From NCBI GenBank assembly GCA_000004985.1, contig GG738857.1: DNA of 64,000 nt; one strand, written 5' to 3'. The DNA comes from Naegleria gruberi. Its lineage: Eukaryota. Of this stretch, positions 1-10,783 are shown piece after piece (position 1 is the stretch's first letter; every line of letters starts with the position of its first letter). A program made the position numbers and the translations under genes. The notes under the pieces are model-generated. The model made no database searches, was not told the DNA's origin, and worked only from the letters and a program-made list of their open reading frames with translations.

Positions 1-1009
1 ACATTCATAGTACATGTTGATTTTTCTTTCTTATTTGTGGTTGACATGAATGTTGGTGAAGATGTGATGATTGTGGAATAATGTTGTTGATTCTTTGAAC
101 TAATTGAATTGTTTTGATAGTAATAATAATTGTTAACCATGGTCATTTCTTAGAAAAAGGATAGTGGTGGTAGAAGTTATTAGAAAGTGTTGAGAGTGTT
201 GATTCTTTTTTTAATGTATTCGAAACGTTTAAATGAGATGATGAACATTATAGACTGAAAATATGAAGGCTTGAGAATATGAAACAGTTGATGTATTCAA
301 TTATTCAAATAAGAACGTTCTCCTCCAAAGCGATCGAACATTTTCCATTCATTTCCATTTAAAATATTTAAATTCTTCACATTAGCCTTAAATTTTGTAT
401 ATTTTGTAGAGGAATTCAAGCACCGTTGCTTTTCAAGTAAAATTAAACGAAATACAAACTTGTCAATTTAGTAAAAAGGAAAATTCGGATTGGGGTTTTT
501 AGTGGTGGACTTTTGGCTGTTGTGTCAATGTCATGTGAGAATTCTTCTAAAACTAGATGAATTAATCTAATATCAACTCGTTTAATATGAATACTGAAAT
601 AGATTTTATGATGTTGATGTTTTGGCATTCATTTGTAAATTACCATTAATATTGGATTGGGAATTATTTGGAGTTTGCTTTAAATGATTGGTGAAGAGAA
701 GTTTTTGTAAATATTTCATATGATGTTCTTAAAAGTTATATTGAAATAATAATTTATACTTTGTATTTCATTGTTAGTTCATTCATTTGAAGTAAACGTG
801 TTGTATTATTTCAAAATGTTTAGAAACCATGTTGTTGAAAAGGGTATACTAATAGTCATAATGTTAATAACTTTGACAAGAGAGTTCTTTCTAATTGTGT
901 AGAGATGGATGCTGTGCTATGGACCAAATTAATAACATATTAATTGCACGATATAATGAGAATCTATAGTAATAATTAGTCCCATAAATGGAAGGAACCA
1001 CAAACACTG

Positions 1010-2035
1010 TTATTGATTCGAATGGTTTCTAAAATAAAAATCAATGTAATGCATTCGTAAATCTGTGGTGGGATGTTTCTTCTTGAATTGCTTGGCAAAT
1101 GATATTGCTTCACTCTCTGAATAATAGCAACAATAAAGTTCCAAATATTCTAAATTTTTGAGGTATGGACAATTGAGAATGCAATCTAACCCATTACCTT
1201 TCAATCCATTTCCACTCAGTTTTAATTGTTTCAAATTTCGAATATTTGTATTGGACATTGGCTTGGTCAAATCACTAATGACATTTTCACACATATCCAA
1301 ATCAGTAATATTTGAAAAGTGTGTGGAATTAACCATTGAATCAAAACCATTACTCCAAATAAAGTTACGTTTAAGATATAGAGTATCAAGTTTACAATAT
1401 TTCGAGTTCAATACTTGTTCTATTCCTATTTTAATAGTATTTAAAGAAGCATCTAAATATCTTAATTTTGTTAAATATTGACTATCTAAATAAGAAATAT
1501 TTCCAATATAATTATGTGAAATTGTTAACTCTTGCAAATTAGACATGTATTCACTCTTTCCTAATTGTTCCACAAACTCTGATTGTAAATAATTCCATCC
1601 CAATTTTAATACTTGCAAATAACTCATCAATTCACTCTTTACAATAATAATTGCTCCTCTATTTCCAATTTTCTGTCCATTCAAATTCAAACATGTAATA
1701 AATTTAAAACTCTGACATTTAACCAATAATTTACATCCTCTTCTTCTAATTGGTTTTTCATAATTATGCACATCTAATAAACTAATATTTAAATGTTGAT
1801 CTTTAAATAATAAATCACTTTTACCCCAAGTTTTTAGAAAATCAATTTTCAATGCATGTAAAGAAACTGCTTTATAAAAGCCTTTGGAAATTAATCGACA
1901 ATTTTGAACAATACTTCGATCGGGAAGAAATTGTAATATTATCATACAAATATCAAAATACCAATGATGATGATTATTTGATGATGAGGATTTCCTTTCG
2001 GAGGATGTTTCAGTAACTAATTGACTATTCATCAT
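1010..2035 (-). CDS. F-box-like / leucine-rich-repeat (RNI-like) protein
   Basis: 341-aa ORF starting at ATG 2035..2033 (MMNSQLV). N-terminal F-box-like motif (IILQFLPDRSIVQNCRLISKGFY) is followed by repeated LxxLxLxxN LRR units. Codon usage is AT-rich. Confidence 0.55.
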   Translation of the reverse strand: MMNSQLVTETSSERKSSSSNNHHHWYFDICMIILQFLPDRSIVQNCRLISKGFYKAVSLHALKIDFLKTWGKSDLLFKDQHLNISLLDVHNYEKPIRRRGCKLLVKCQSFKFITCLNLNGQKIGNRGAIIIVKSELMSYLQVLKLGWNYLQSEFVEQLGKSEYMSNLQELTISHNYIGNISYLDSQYLTKLRYLDASLNTIKIGIEQVLNSKYCKLDTLYLKRNFIWSNGFDSMVNSTHFSNITDLDMCENVISDLTKPMSNTNIRNLKQLKLSGNGLKGNGLDCILNCPYLKNLEYLELYCCYYSESEAISFAKQFKKKHPTTDLRMHYIDFYFRNHSNQ

Positions 2036-2311
2036 GTTGTGTATTTTATTTATTTTAATGAAAAATTAAAGTTAAAAATTAAATACTTTGCAATAATCAG
2101 AATAAGTATTTAAATCATTGAAATAATTGAAAAACAAATTGCATCTTATCATCCTTTATCATTCAACAATGGTTCAATTCCAAAGACTTCGCACCTCAAA
2201 TTGAATCCTTTGGAAACTACAAGTCAAAGTCGGACATGTCCTACGACGATTCTCTTCCAACATAATTAAAAACATGCAACAAGTATTATTATCTTAAACC
2301 AAAAATACAAA

Positions 2312-4156
2312 ATGCAACAACAACAACTCAACAGTTACTCATTCCTTGAAGAGGAAGAAGAAGAGGAGAGAATGCAATCCATGCCATCTCTACCAGTATC
2401 ATCTTCATCAGATATCATACTCACTTCGTCAACAATAATTGACAATGAAAATAGTGATGATAATGAAATGATTGATAATGATGATAGAAAGCAAGCAAAG
2501 ATTGGATGGAAAGATTGGATTCTTAATGGTTTTAAAGGTAAACAAGTACAGAATAATGAACAGCAACCAAAATTATATAAGATGAGATGGGTCATGCTGA
2601 TGATATTTACTCTTTCAATGTTTAGTTCAGTTTTGGCTCAATCAACATTTTCATCAGTTGGGTAAGTTGAGAATATTATCAATTCTTTTGAATTCTAATG
2701 CCATTCAATTACATTTATAAATGAAATGCATTCATTTTCATTGTATATTATTTAATAATAATATTTATTACAAAAAAATAGAACAATAATGATGAAATAT
2801 TATAATGTTCCAAATGAGAATTGGAAAATCAACATGATGGGTATGATATTTCTCATTGTATCCCTTCCTTCATCATGGACAGTTAGTTTTGTCATGAAGA
2901 AATATGGTTTAAGATCATGTGTATTAATATTTGGAATTTTGACATGCATTGGAATGTGGATTCGTTGTTTAGGTTATGGAAAGGGAAATGAAACTAATTT
3001 ATGGATTGCATTCATTGGACAGTTTTTAATTGCCTTTGCTCAACATTTTGTGAGTAGTGTTTCAAGTTTGTTGAGTGTGAATTGGTTTGGAGATCGAGAG
3101 AGAACTCTTGTTTTGGTTTCAACTTTATTGATGGGTGTTATTGGAGGTGGAGTTTCATTTGCTATTGGACCTACTTTGATTACAATGGGTAAATCTGAAA
3201 TGGATGGATCTGAAATGGGAATGTTAATTTATTTAATTGGTCAATCGGTGATTGCATCTATTTGTTTAGTGTTAATTGTATTGTTTGTTAAGGATAAACC
3301 ACCAACACCTCCAGTAATTATGAAGAAGAAGGAAAGTGAAGAAGAAATGAATCAAGAAAATTTAGAAATTGAAGAGAAATCAAACGAAACAAATGAAACA
3401 AATGAAATGCAAGAAGAATCAAATATTAACAATGATATTGAGAATGGTAATTCACCAACACATTCTAATAATGAAGAAGAAATACAAGAAGAATCCAATA
3501 AGAAAGATATTTATCCAAAACAAACATTTATTGAAGGAATGAAAAAGTTAGTGACCTCTCCACATTTCATCATGTTAACCGTTGCATCATCCTGTCTCAC
3601 TTCTGTATTACAAACTCTTCAAATTTTAGATCAAATCATAACTCCAAAAGGTTATTCCACATTTGATGGCGCCAATTTTAGCATGGTCAACTTGGTTTTT
3701 GTATTAATTGGTTGTTTCGCATTAAGTATATTATTTGACAAGACAAAAAAGTTTAAATTGATAACATGCATTAGTAGTTTCATGTCTGTCATTGGATTTG
3801 GAATGTTTGCAATTATCATGCAATGGGAAAAGTCAGATTTCACATTAATATTTATTTACCTTTCATTTATCATTATTGGATGTTCTGCAATTCCAAGTTT
3901 GCCTTTAATCTCTCAAATGGTAGTTTATTCAACTTATCCTATTCATCCAGCAACTAGTTTAGTAATTTCAAGCGTATTTGGAACTGTGTGGAGTGTTGTC
4001 TTTTTATTTGTAATTAATATTTTACAAAGTCAATTAAGAGAAAAGGCATCTAGTATTATTTTATGGATGGATTTGGTATTATTAATTGTTGGTTTCTTAA
4101 TGATTTTACTTTTTAGAGGAAATTTCAATAATATTTTGGTCAACCAGAAAAAATAA
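2312..4156 (+). CDS. major facilitator superfamily transporter (FLVCR/MFSD7-like), 2 exons
   Basis: Exon 1 is 2312..2661 and ends at a GTAAGT donor at 2662. A 120-nt AT-rich intron ends ...aaaaaatAG at 2781. Exon 2 is 2782..4156 and joins in phase (..SSVG|TIMMKYY..). About 12 hydrophobic helices, an MFS-like motif GQFLIAFAQHFVSSVSSLLSVNWFGDRER, and an acidic central loop. Confidence 0.65.
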
Positions 4157-4175
4157 AAATATGGTTTCTGTAAGG

Positions 4176-4179
4176 AAAA
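4176..4179 (-). terminator. Pol III oligo-T terminator of tRNA-Ile
   Basis: TTTT on the minus strand immediately 3' of the tRNA discriminator (..GTCAGCA gataaTTTTcc). Confidence 0.4.
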
Positions 4180-4184
4180 TTATC

Positions 4185-4257
4185 TGCTGACGGACGGGAT
4201 CGAACCGGCGACCAATGGCTTATTAGACCAACGCTCTACCGACTGAGCTACGCCAGC
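4185..4257 (-). tRNA. tRNA-Ile (anticodon AAU)
   Basis: The reverse complement folds as a 73-nt cloverleaf: acceptor GCTGGCG/CGTCAGC, D arm GCTC-AGTCGGTA-GAGC, anticodon stem-loop TTGGT-CTAATAA-GCCAT, T arm GCCGG-TTCGATC-CCGTC, discriminator A. It is near-identical in arm sequence to eukaryotic tRNA-Ile(AAU). It lies 29 bp past the MFS stop codon. Confidence 0.85.
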
Positions 4258-4721
4258 TTCATATTCACTTGCTTTGTGTTCTTTGTGTATTCATAAATCC
4301 ATATTTTCAAGGTATTTCTCTATCTAATTAAACTGTTTAAGGATGTTCAGGATGTGGTTAACATGTTTCAAATCTGTAATGATTGTAAAATTTTGGGCAA
4401 CTAGAAAAATATATTATGAACCTATCTACATTAGAAGAGTAAGGATTTTGAAGATGGTCGGGGTAGAAATTTGATTCGGATATTGAGCACAATAAAATAA
4501 TGTTAATGGTCATTACCACCCATCATCAATCAAAACACACATCAAAAAATTAACCACACAAATAACACTACAATATTAATACCCTATTATTAAAAACAAA
4601 CATTCAAACATTTCTATTAGAAAATATCTTTCCATTACATAAATATTTTACCATCATCAAATATTTATTCAAACATTTCAATTAAATATTATTACACCAA
4701 CATTCACCAACATTCAACAAA

Positions 4722-7199
4722 ATGAAAATAATTCCTCACCATCATCATTATAAGAAGAATATAATAACACATCTATTCAGTGTAACAAAAATATTCATCA
4801 TATTCATAATATTCACACAAATGTTATTATTAAATCATCTTTTAGTTCATTGTAAAGTAACACTTCAATCATCTGGATCAACATTTTCATCAATGGCTCA
4901 ATTAAATATTAAATCAATGTATACACTTGATATTTCACATTCAAATTCATTAGATTACACAGAGGAAGATTCCATAAGTGGAATTCGTAGAATGTTACTC
5001 ATTGAAGAACAACATCAAAATGATCTAGTTCATGTTGATTTTAATAGTGTTAAAACATTTCCATTCAATCAATTGAAAAGTATTCAAGAAGATTCAGTTT
5101 TTAAAGAGAAATCATATAATAATACAATGTGTATTGATAGTATGTTTGGAGTTTTGGTGTTTGCTATGAATGGTAATTTTGAAAATAACAAAATTTCTCA
5201 ATTATCTCTATCTTTGGAAAGTATTATTGATATTTATTTGGGAAATATTAAATATTGGGATGATTCTAGAATTGTAAATGAAAATCCAAACATAATTTTA
5301 CCATCAAATCAATTAATTTCTGTACTTTCAAGATCTTCAACAAGTGGAACAAGTTTAAATTTGTTAAATTATTTGGCAACACTTTCATCAGATTTTAATC
5401 AAAAGTTTAATTTTCTACTTTCAAATCCAACTTCCAAAATTAGAAATCTCAATTTAACTTCATTAACAACCAATTCAAATTTACTCATTCCAACAAATAA
5501 GGACATGTTAGAATACTTGAAAAATATGAAAGGTTCATTTGGATATACAAGTTTAAATGTTTATTCAAGTTTAACAAGTGAACAAAAAAGTAATGTCATT
5601 CTCATTAATTTAATTATTAATGGAAAGTCAATTGTACCATCTTTGGATAATGCAAAGAATACTATTTCTAAATTTGCTTCTTCTACTTTTAAATCAAGTG
5701 ATATTTATTCACAATCATTGTCAATTTCAAAATCTAATGAAAATCACTATCCACTCATTACATGTATATTTTGGTGTTTTAGACAATATCAATCATTGAG
5801 TGAAGATGGTGTTGCATTACTTCAATTCTTTACAAATTCATACAAGTATTTACAGAGCTCCACTCCAGTTACTACTACTACTACTACTACTTTAGAAACA
5901 ACCAGTACTGCTACGACAACTGATATGATCATGACAACTAGTTCATCAGTTAAGAATGCACTCAGAATGTATTTCAAGAGACAACAATCAACTTCAGAGG
6001 GAAGTTTGAGTGGTGTTATTGCACTTCCATCATGGCTCTCATCCAACAATTTGAAAATTATTGAACAAACTTTAATGTGTGAAAAAAAGTTGTGTTCCAC
6101 CATTCCAAAACCAACCAATGAGTATGTTACTCTATTCCTCCAAATTGCTCTCCCACTCTTAATTGTAATGGGATGTTGTGTTATGATTTTATTGATTGGT
6201 ATTGCAATTTATTGTATTAGAAAGAGAAGATTTAAATCACCTTCTCAACTCAATCAACAATTACTTCAAGATCAAGAAATTGAATATATGGAAGATAGTA
6301 CAACAGTTGCATCTACCTATACATTTACACCAAAACTCTTTGAAAAGGAACAATTGAAGAGTACAATTAGAACTGAAGAATTATCGCTTGATGAACAAAT
6401 TGGAAGTGGTTCATTCTCTGAAGTTTATAGAGGAAGATGGTTAGGAGCAACAGTTGCTGTCAAACGTTTCCTTGTCAATCATATTGAAAGTGATGAAATA
6501 GTTCAAGATTTTATTAAGGAATCTAAACTAATGTCTAAATTAAGACATCCAAATGTTGTTCAATTTATGGGAGTTTGTATTCAAATGCCACATTTATATA
6601 TGGTAACTGAATATTGTGAGAGAGGAAATTTACAACACATTCTCAAAGATAAGAAGATTAAAATTTCACTCAGAAAAACAATTTCAATGGCATTGGATGC
6701 TGCACGTGGAATGTACTATCTTCATACATGTGAAACTCCAATTATTCATAGAGATTTTAAGAGTGCCAATTTACTTGTTGATAAAAATTGGAGTGTTAAA
6801 GTTGGAGATTTTGGAATGTCAAGAATGATTGATTCTCAACAACAAATGACAGTTTGTGGAACAGCTGAAACATGTGCACCTGAAGTTTTAAAAAGAAGTA
6901 TGTATACAGAAAAGGCAGATGTCTATTCATTTGGTATTGTACTTTGGGAAATGTTTACAAGAAGTCAATTATATCCAGGAATGAATTTTTATGAGCTAAG
7001 TTCAAGAGTTGTAAATGAAGGTTTAAGACCAGATACAACAAGTACAAGATTTACTGAAGATCACATTCCAAAAACTATTCAAAATTTAATGACTGATTGT
7101 TGGGATGATGATCCAGATCATAGACCTGATTTTTCAATCATTGTTAAAAAATTAGAAAAGGAATTGGAAATTGAAAATCAAAAGAAGAATAAGGATTAA
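4722..7199 (+). CDS. receptor-like Ser/Thr (TKL-group) protein kinase with PstS-like phosphate-binding ectodomain
   Basis: 825 aa. Hydrophobic N-terminus, then an ectodomain carrying the PstS/phosphate-binding-protein motif IKYWDDSRIVNENPNIILPSNQLISVLSRSSTSGTSLNLLNYLA (compare bacterial PstS ..RxDGSGTTFxFTxYL..). A poly-Thr stalk (VTTTTTTTLETTSTATTT) precedes the TM helix IALPLLIVMGCCVMILLIGIAIYCI-RKRR. The kinase domain has GSGSFSEVY..VAVK, HRDFKSANLL, VGDFGMSR and CAPEV. Confidence 0.7.
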   Translation: MKIIPHHHHYKKNIITHLFSVTKIFIIFIIFTQMLLLNHLLVHCKVTLQSSGSTFSSMAQLNIKSMYTLDISHSNSLDYTEEDSISGIRRMLLIEEQHQNDLVHVDFNSVKTFPFNQLKSIQEDSVFKEKSYNNTMCIDSMFGVLVFAMNGNFENNKISQLSLSLESIIDIYLGNIKYWDDSRIVNENPNIILPSNQLISVLSRSSTSGTSLNLLNYLATLSSDFNQKFNFLLSNPTSKIRNLNLTSLTTNSNLLIPTNKDMLEYLKNMKGSFGYTSLNVYSSLTSEQKSNVILINLIINGKSIVPSLDNAKNTISKFASSTFKSSDIYSQSLSISKSNENHYPLITCIFWCFRQYQSLSEDGVALLQFFTNSYKYLQSSTPVTTTTTTTLETTSTATTTDMIMTTSSSVKNALRMYFKRQQSTSEGSLSGVIALPSWLSSNNLKIIEQTLMCEKKLCSTIPKPTNEYVTLFLQIALPLLIVMGCCVMILLIGIAIYCIRKRRFKSPSQLNQQLLQDQEIEYMEDSTTVASTYTFTPKLFEKEQLKSTIRTEELSLDEQIGSGSFSEVYRGRWLGATVAVKRFLVNHIESDEIVQDFIKESKLMSKLRHPNVVQFMGVCIQMPHLYMVTEYCERGNLQHILKDKKIKISLRKTISMALDAARGMYYLHTCETPIIHRDFKSANLLVDKNWSVKVGDFGMSRMIDSQQQMTVCGTAETCAPEVLKRSMYTEKADVYSFGIVLWEMFTRSQLYPGMNFYELSSRVVNEGLRPDTTSTRFTEDHIPKTIQNLMTDCWDDDPDHRPDFSIIVKKLEKELEIENQKKNKD

Positions 7200-7273
7200 A
7201 ATAATATTCAATATTAATTTAACAATTCTCAATTTTTTAATGAATATTAAGATTTTTAATAAATTTAAAAAAA

Positions 7274-8491
7274 ATGAAAAGAAAGGAAAGACCTGAAAAT
7301 GAAGTGGTGGAAATAATTTCAAGTGATGATGACGATGATGAACAAGATGATGAACAAGATGATGATGGTAATGATAGTGATGAATCTATTGAAGTGATTG
7401 ATTCAAAGAAATCAAAGAAGAATAATTTATCACCATCATCGGAATCAACAAGTGAAAGAACATTATCATCCCAACAGAGAGAATGTATTCATCAGGCAGT
7501 TAAATATTGTTCGGAACAATTTAATTTATTTAAAAAGGATGATTTTTCAGCATCATATGGTTTATTTCTTAATTCGTTATTGGAGGAAATTGTAAAGACT
7601 AGAGAATATAGAATGGTTCGTCCAGTTGATGGATTTTCTCATCGATTGTCTAAATTAATTGGTGGTGAACGTTTTACCTTACTACCAACAAATGTTATTA
7701 CTAGAATATTTGCATTCCTTCATCCTATTGATATTCTTACTAAGAGACCTGACACTGTTTGTGCAATTTGGTATAACGAAATGAATACTTTTATTTGGAA
7801 GAGGATTACAAAATTCTTGGCCCCTGCTATTGCAGTTGATAAATATGACACAGAGACTCTTAAAGAATATTGTCTAGCAAAGGGAAGAGCATTCTACGGC
7901 CAAAAGAAGGCAACTCTCTCCTATATTCATCTTGAATTGCAGAAGGAAGAATATCCACCAAGTTATGAATATGATCCAATTACAACATGTGAAAATATTT
8001 CATTTTCAGAAAACAGTGAGTGGAAAGGAACAACCTATTTATTGAGTGGATCAGGTAGATATTATGATTCATTCCGTTCGTGTGAACCGTTGACATATAC
8101 TTTAGTGGAATTTCAAGATGTAAATGGTTATTATTTCAATTATCATGCACCTTATTATATTTACTTTACATATGATTGTAAATATGAAGATGAAGAGGAA
8201 CAGTCTACTTCATTCACTTGTGTTTTGAATGTTTTTGCTAATGATGACGATGAGGATGATGACGACTTTATTTCACCAATTGAAGGTAATGAAATTGACT
8301 TTAAACAAGTTCTACGTATTTGTGAACAGCTTGGCATGAAGAAAGAAATTAAGAATTGGAACTTTGATGATCTGAGCAGTTGGTTCTTTGATTTTATTGA
8401 GGAGATTTTCAAACCTTTTTCTGAGACTGAAATTGAGACTGATTGGAATGATTTATTAATTTCTAAAACCCTAAAAACCAAAAAGCATTAA
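7274..8491 (+). CDS. hypothetical protein with poly-acidic N-terminus and F-box-like motif
   Basis: 405-aa ORF with start context aaaaaaaATG. D/E run at residues 17-35. F-box-like stretch LLPTNVITRIFAFLHPIDILTKRPDTVCAIWYNEM. Confidence 0.45.
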   Translation: MKRKERPENEVVEIISSDDDDDEQDDEQDDDGNDSDESIEVIDSKKSKKNNLSPSSESTSERTLSSQQRECIHQAVKYCSEQFNLFKKDDFSASYGLFLNSLLEEIVKTREYRMVRPVDGFSHRLSKLIGGERFTLLPTNVITRIFAFLHPIDILTKRPDTVCAIWYNEMNTFIWKRITKFLAPAIAVDKYDTETLKEYCLAKGRAFYGQKKATLSYIHLELQKEEYPPSYEYDPITTCENISFSENSEWKGTTYLLSGSGRYYDSFRSCEPLTYTLVEFQDVNGYYFNYHAPYYIYFTYDCKYEDEEEQSTSFTCVLNVFANDDDEDDDDFISPIEGNEIDFKQVLRICEQLGMKKEIKNWNFDDLSSWFFDFIEEIFKPFSETEIETDWNDLLISKTLKTKKH

Positions 8492-8849
8492 TCAGCAAAG
8501 AGACATGTGTTGAAATAGGATTCAATGTACCACTACTATCATTTGTCAAATATATTCAGAGCATTTCGTAAGGATTAACTCAATTCTTGAATTAAGATAA
8601 AGACTGTTTTAATGAAAAAGCTCAAGGCTAAAAAAATAAGCAAATGCTTTACGAATATCTTTATTATATAATATTATAAATTATCAAGTAAACAATGAAT
8701 ACAAATGAAGTAAATCAAAGACAAGTTCATTAAAGATTCTCAAAACTATGAACTACTTTAAAAAATGGAACCACAACAAGATGTTGCACCAACTTTTCAA
8801 AGCCTTCCAACAGAATTATTGATGGAAGTATTTTGCTATTGTTCATTTG

Positions 8850-9776
8850 ATGATATCTATTCAATTTCTAGGGTATCTAGGAATTTTAGCTCAATTGTTG
8901 GCACAGAAAGATTCCGAACTTGATCCGAATGCAGAAATCTTCTCTTCAAAATATTATTTAGAAACGAGGAAGAGAATGGAAAAGTTACTTTCACCTGAAG
9001 TGATCTATGATGACGATTCGGAAGAGGTTATTCATTCCAAAATTTATTCATTATTGTTTGATTGGGTCGATTTAGTTGTAGGCTCAATGGAAAAACATTC
9101 CTTTTTGCAGGGATTTGAAGAATTGAGAAAGGATTTAAGATTCATATCAAGGGATGAATTAGATTGGAATTATTTTGAAGAGTTGACTGAGAAATTCAAT
9201 TGTATTAATATTTGTGGAGAAAAGACATGGTTTGGGTTTACTCTTTTAGATAAAAGAGGAGAAAGAATTCCAATATTCTGTAGATTGAGTAGGCAGTATG
9301 AAAGTGCAAGTAGAGAAATGAGTGTCATCATTCTTGGGTTCTTTGATTCCAATGACAATTTGACAGGAAATCTTCAGGAAGCAATCAGAATTCAAGAAGC
9401 ACAATTTTACTTTGAATATGCAGGATTTGATAGTATGTCCAGTTTCACTGGATTTGATTGGATCAATGACAACTTTTCCAGATATATCAAAGCAAAGGAT
9501 GAATTGGCTCTTTTTGGATCTGCTTTGGAATTTTATATTACAATGCTAAAGCAAAGAAAATTCTCAAAAACAAAATGTTTTCCTCGTATTAAGGAGGATC
9601 GAACAGAATATTACTTTAACAGTACTATTGGAATGATGCTTTGTTTCAATTCACTTCACAGAGGAGTGAGCGAATGGTATTCACCATCAAGATTTGATAC
9701 CCACCTTCCAGGGTTAATTTATCACGTTCAATCGTTCTATTCGAAACATAAGAAATTATTAGAGAGCAATAAATAA
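8850..9776 (+). CDS. hypothetical protein (possibly the 3' part of a frameshifted F-box gene)
   Basis: 308 codons from the first ATG at 8850; the tracked ORF start at 8847 is TTG. A 52-codon F-box-like ORF (8765..8923, MEPQQDVAPTFQSLPTELLMEVFCYCSFDDIYSISRVSRNF..) lies just upstream in another frame. Confidence 0.4.
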   Translation: MISIQFLGYLGILAQLLAQKDSELDPNAEIFSSKYYLETRKRMEKLLSPEVIYDDDSEEVIHSKIYSLLFDWVDLVVGSMEKHSFLQGFEELRKDLRFISRDELDWNYFEELTEKFNCINICGEKTWFGFTLLDKRGERIPIFCRLSRQYESASREMSVIILGFFDSNDNLTGNLQEAIRIQEAQFYFEYAGFDSMSSFTGFDWINDNFSRYIKAKDELALFGSALEFYITMLKQRKFSKTKCFPRIKEDRTEYYFNSTIGMMLCFNSLHRGVSEWYSPSRFDTHLPGLIYHVQSFYSKHKKLLESNK

Positions 9777-9910
9777 TTGCTCTTCAACATTAGCCGGCAG
9801 ATATTCATATTTTCACAGCAATAGAACAACATGAACACCTCTTCTCAACTAGAAATAAGTCCTGATTTATTAGATGGGTTGACCAAATCATCAATCATCA
9901 CTCAAAAAAA

Positions 9911-10689
9911 ATGTCAACACAACCACCACCAACACAAACAAAGGTAAAGGAAGAAACCATTGAAGTCAAAGGTACTCCAACAGGAGGAGCAGACAACAAA
10001 TCATCATCAGCCAATAAGAAAGTCACAAAATACAAACCACCAGAAAGTGTTAACAAGGCACTTTCTAAAGGTTTACAATTTGCTCCGTATGCTCGTAATA
10101 TGGTCAATGGTGATATTTATATATTATTCATATTTGGAATTGTTGCTATTGCAATGGCTCAAGATCGTACAACAAGTTTACCTTGGGCAACTGTGCCAGG
10201 AATTTATTGTGTTGTTCTTTCTATATTTTTATATATTTGGCACTTTATTAGTGAATTTACAAAAACAGATAAGAGTGTTGATTCTGTTTTAGCTCCAAAA
10301 GGTTGGCCAAAGATTATTTGTATGATTTTATCGGCTTTTAATTATAATCCTGTTCAATGTGTTTTCTGTGCAATGTATGTTCTAATATTTAATTGTTATT
10401 TGGTTCTATTATTTACTATAATATTTAATTGTTATTTAATTGTTATTGTTATATTATTTAATTATTTAATTATTTAATTATTATCACAAAATATTATTAT
10501 TTGAATATATTATGTGATGATTTTAAATGTTGGAAAATTTGTATTGTTGTGGAAATTAGTGCCTCTGTCTATTGTTTCTTTTGTGTTCAGACTGCAATTT
10601 GTGGAGTTCCACTTGTTATGGCCTCAATTTTATATTTGATTGCTTCAATTAGACGTGAAGCATCAGCTAAAATCACTGGTTTAATTTAA
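9911..10689 (+). CDS. small 4-TM membrane protein, 2 exons (model)
   Basis: Exon 1 is 9911..10374 with a GTATGT donor at 10375. A 185-nt extremely AT-rich intron ends aaaTTAG at 10559. Exon 2 is 10560..10689 and joins in the frame of ORF 10501..10689 (..VQCVFCA|I|ASVYCFFCVQTAICGVPLVMASILYL..). Without splicing, the tail (LIFNCYLVLLFTIIFNCYL..) is just translated AT-rich intron. Confidence 0.45.
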
Positions 10690-10783
10690 AATCCATTTAA
10701 CTATATTGCATTGTAAAATATTTCTAAAAAAGAACAACAAATAATAAAAAAATTTAATTATTTTAATATTTAATTTTACAAAT

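Noticed and set aside
1158-1481. 107-aa plus-strand ORF
   Set aside because: It lies antisense inside the better-supported F-box/LRR gene 1010..2035 and has no motifs. It is a chance ORF on the opposite strand of an LRR-repeat gene.
5822-6118. 98-aa minus-strand ORF (VVVVVVT..)
   Set aside because: It is antisense to the poly-Thr stalk (ACT)n of kinase 4722..7199, a translation artefact of a simple repeat.
10501-10689. Separate 62-aa ORF
   Set aside because: It is better explained as the terminal exon of the 9911 gene via a GTATGT..TAG intron. The M of the tracked ORF is TTG.
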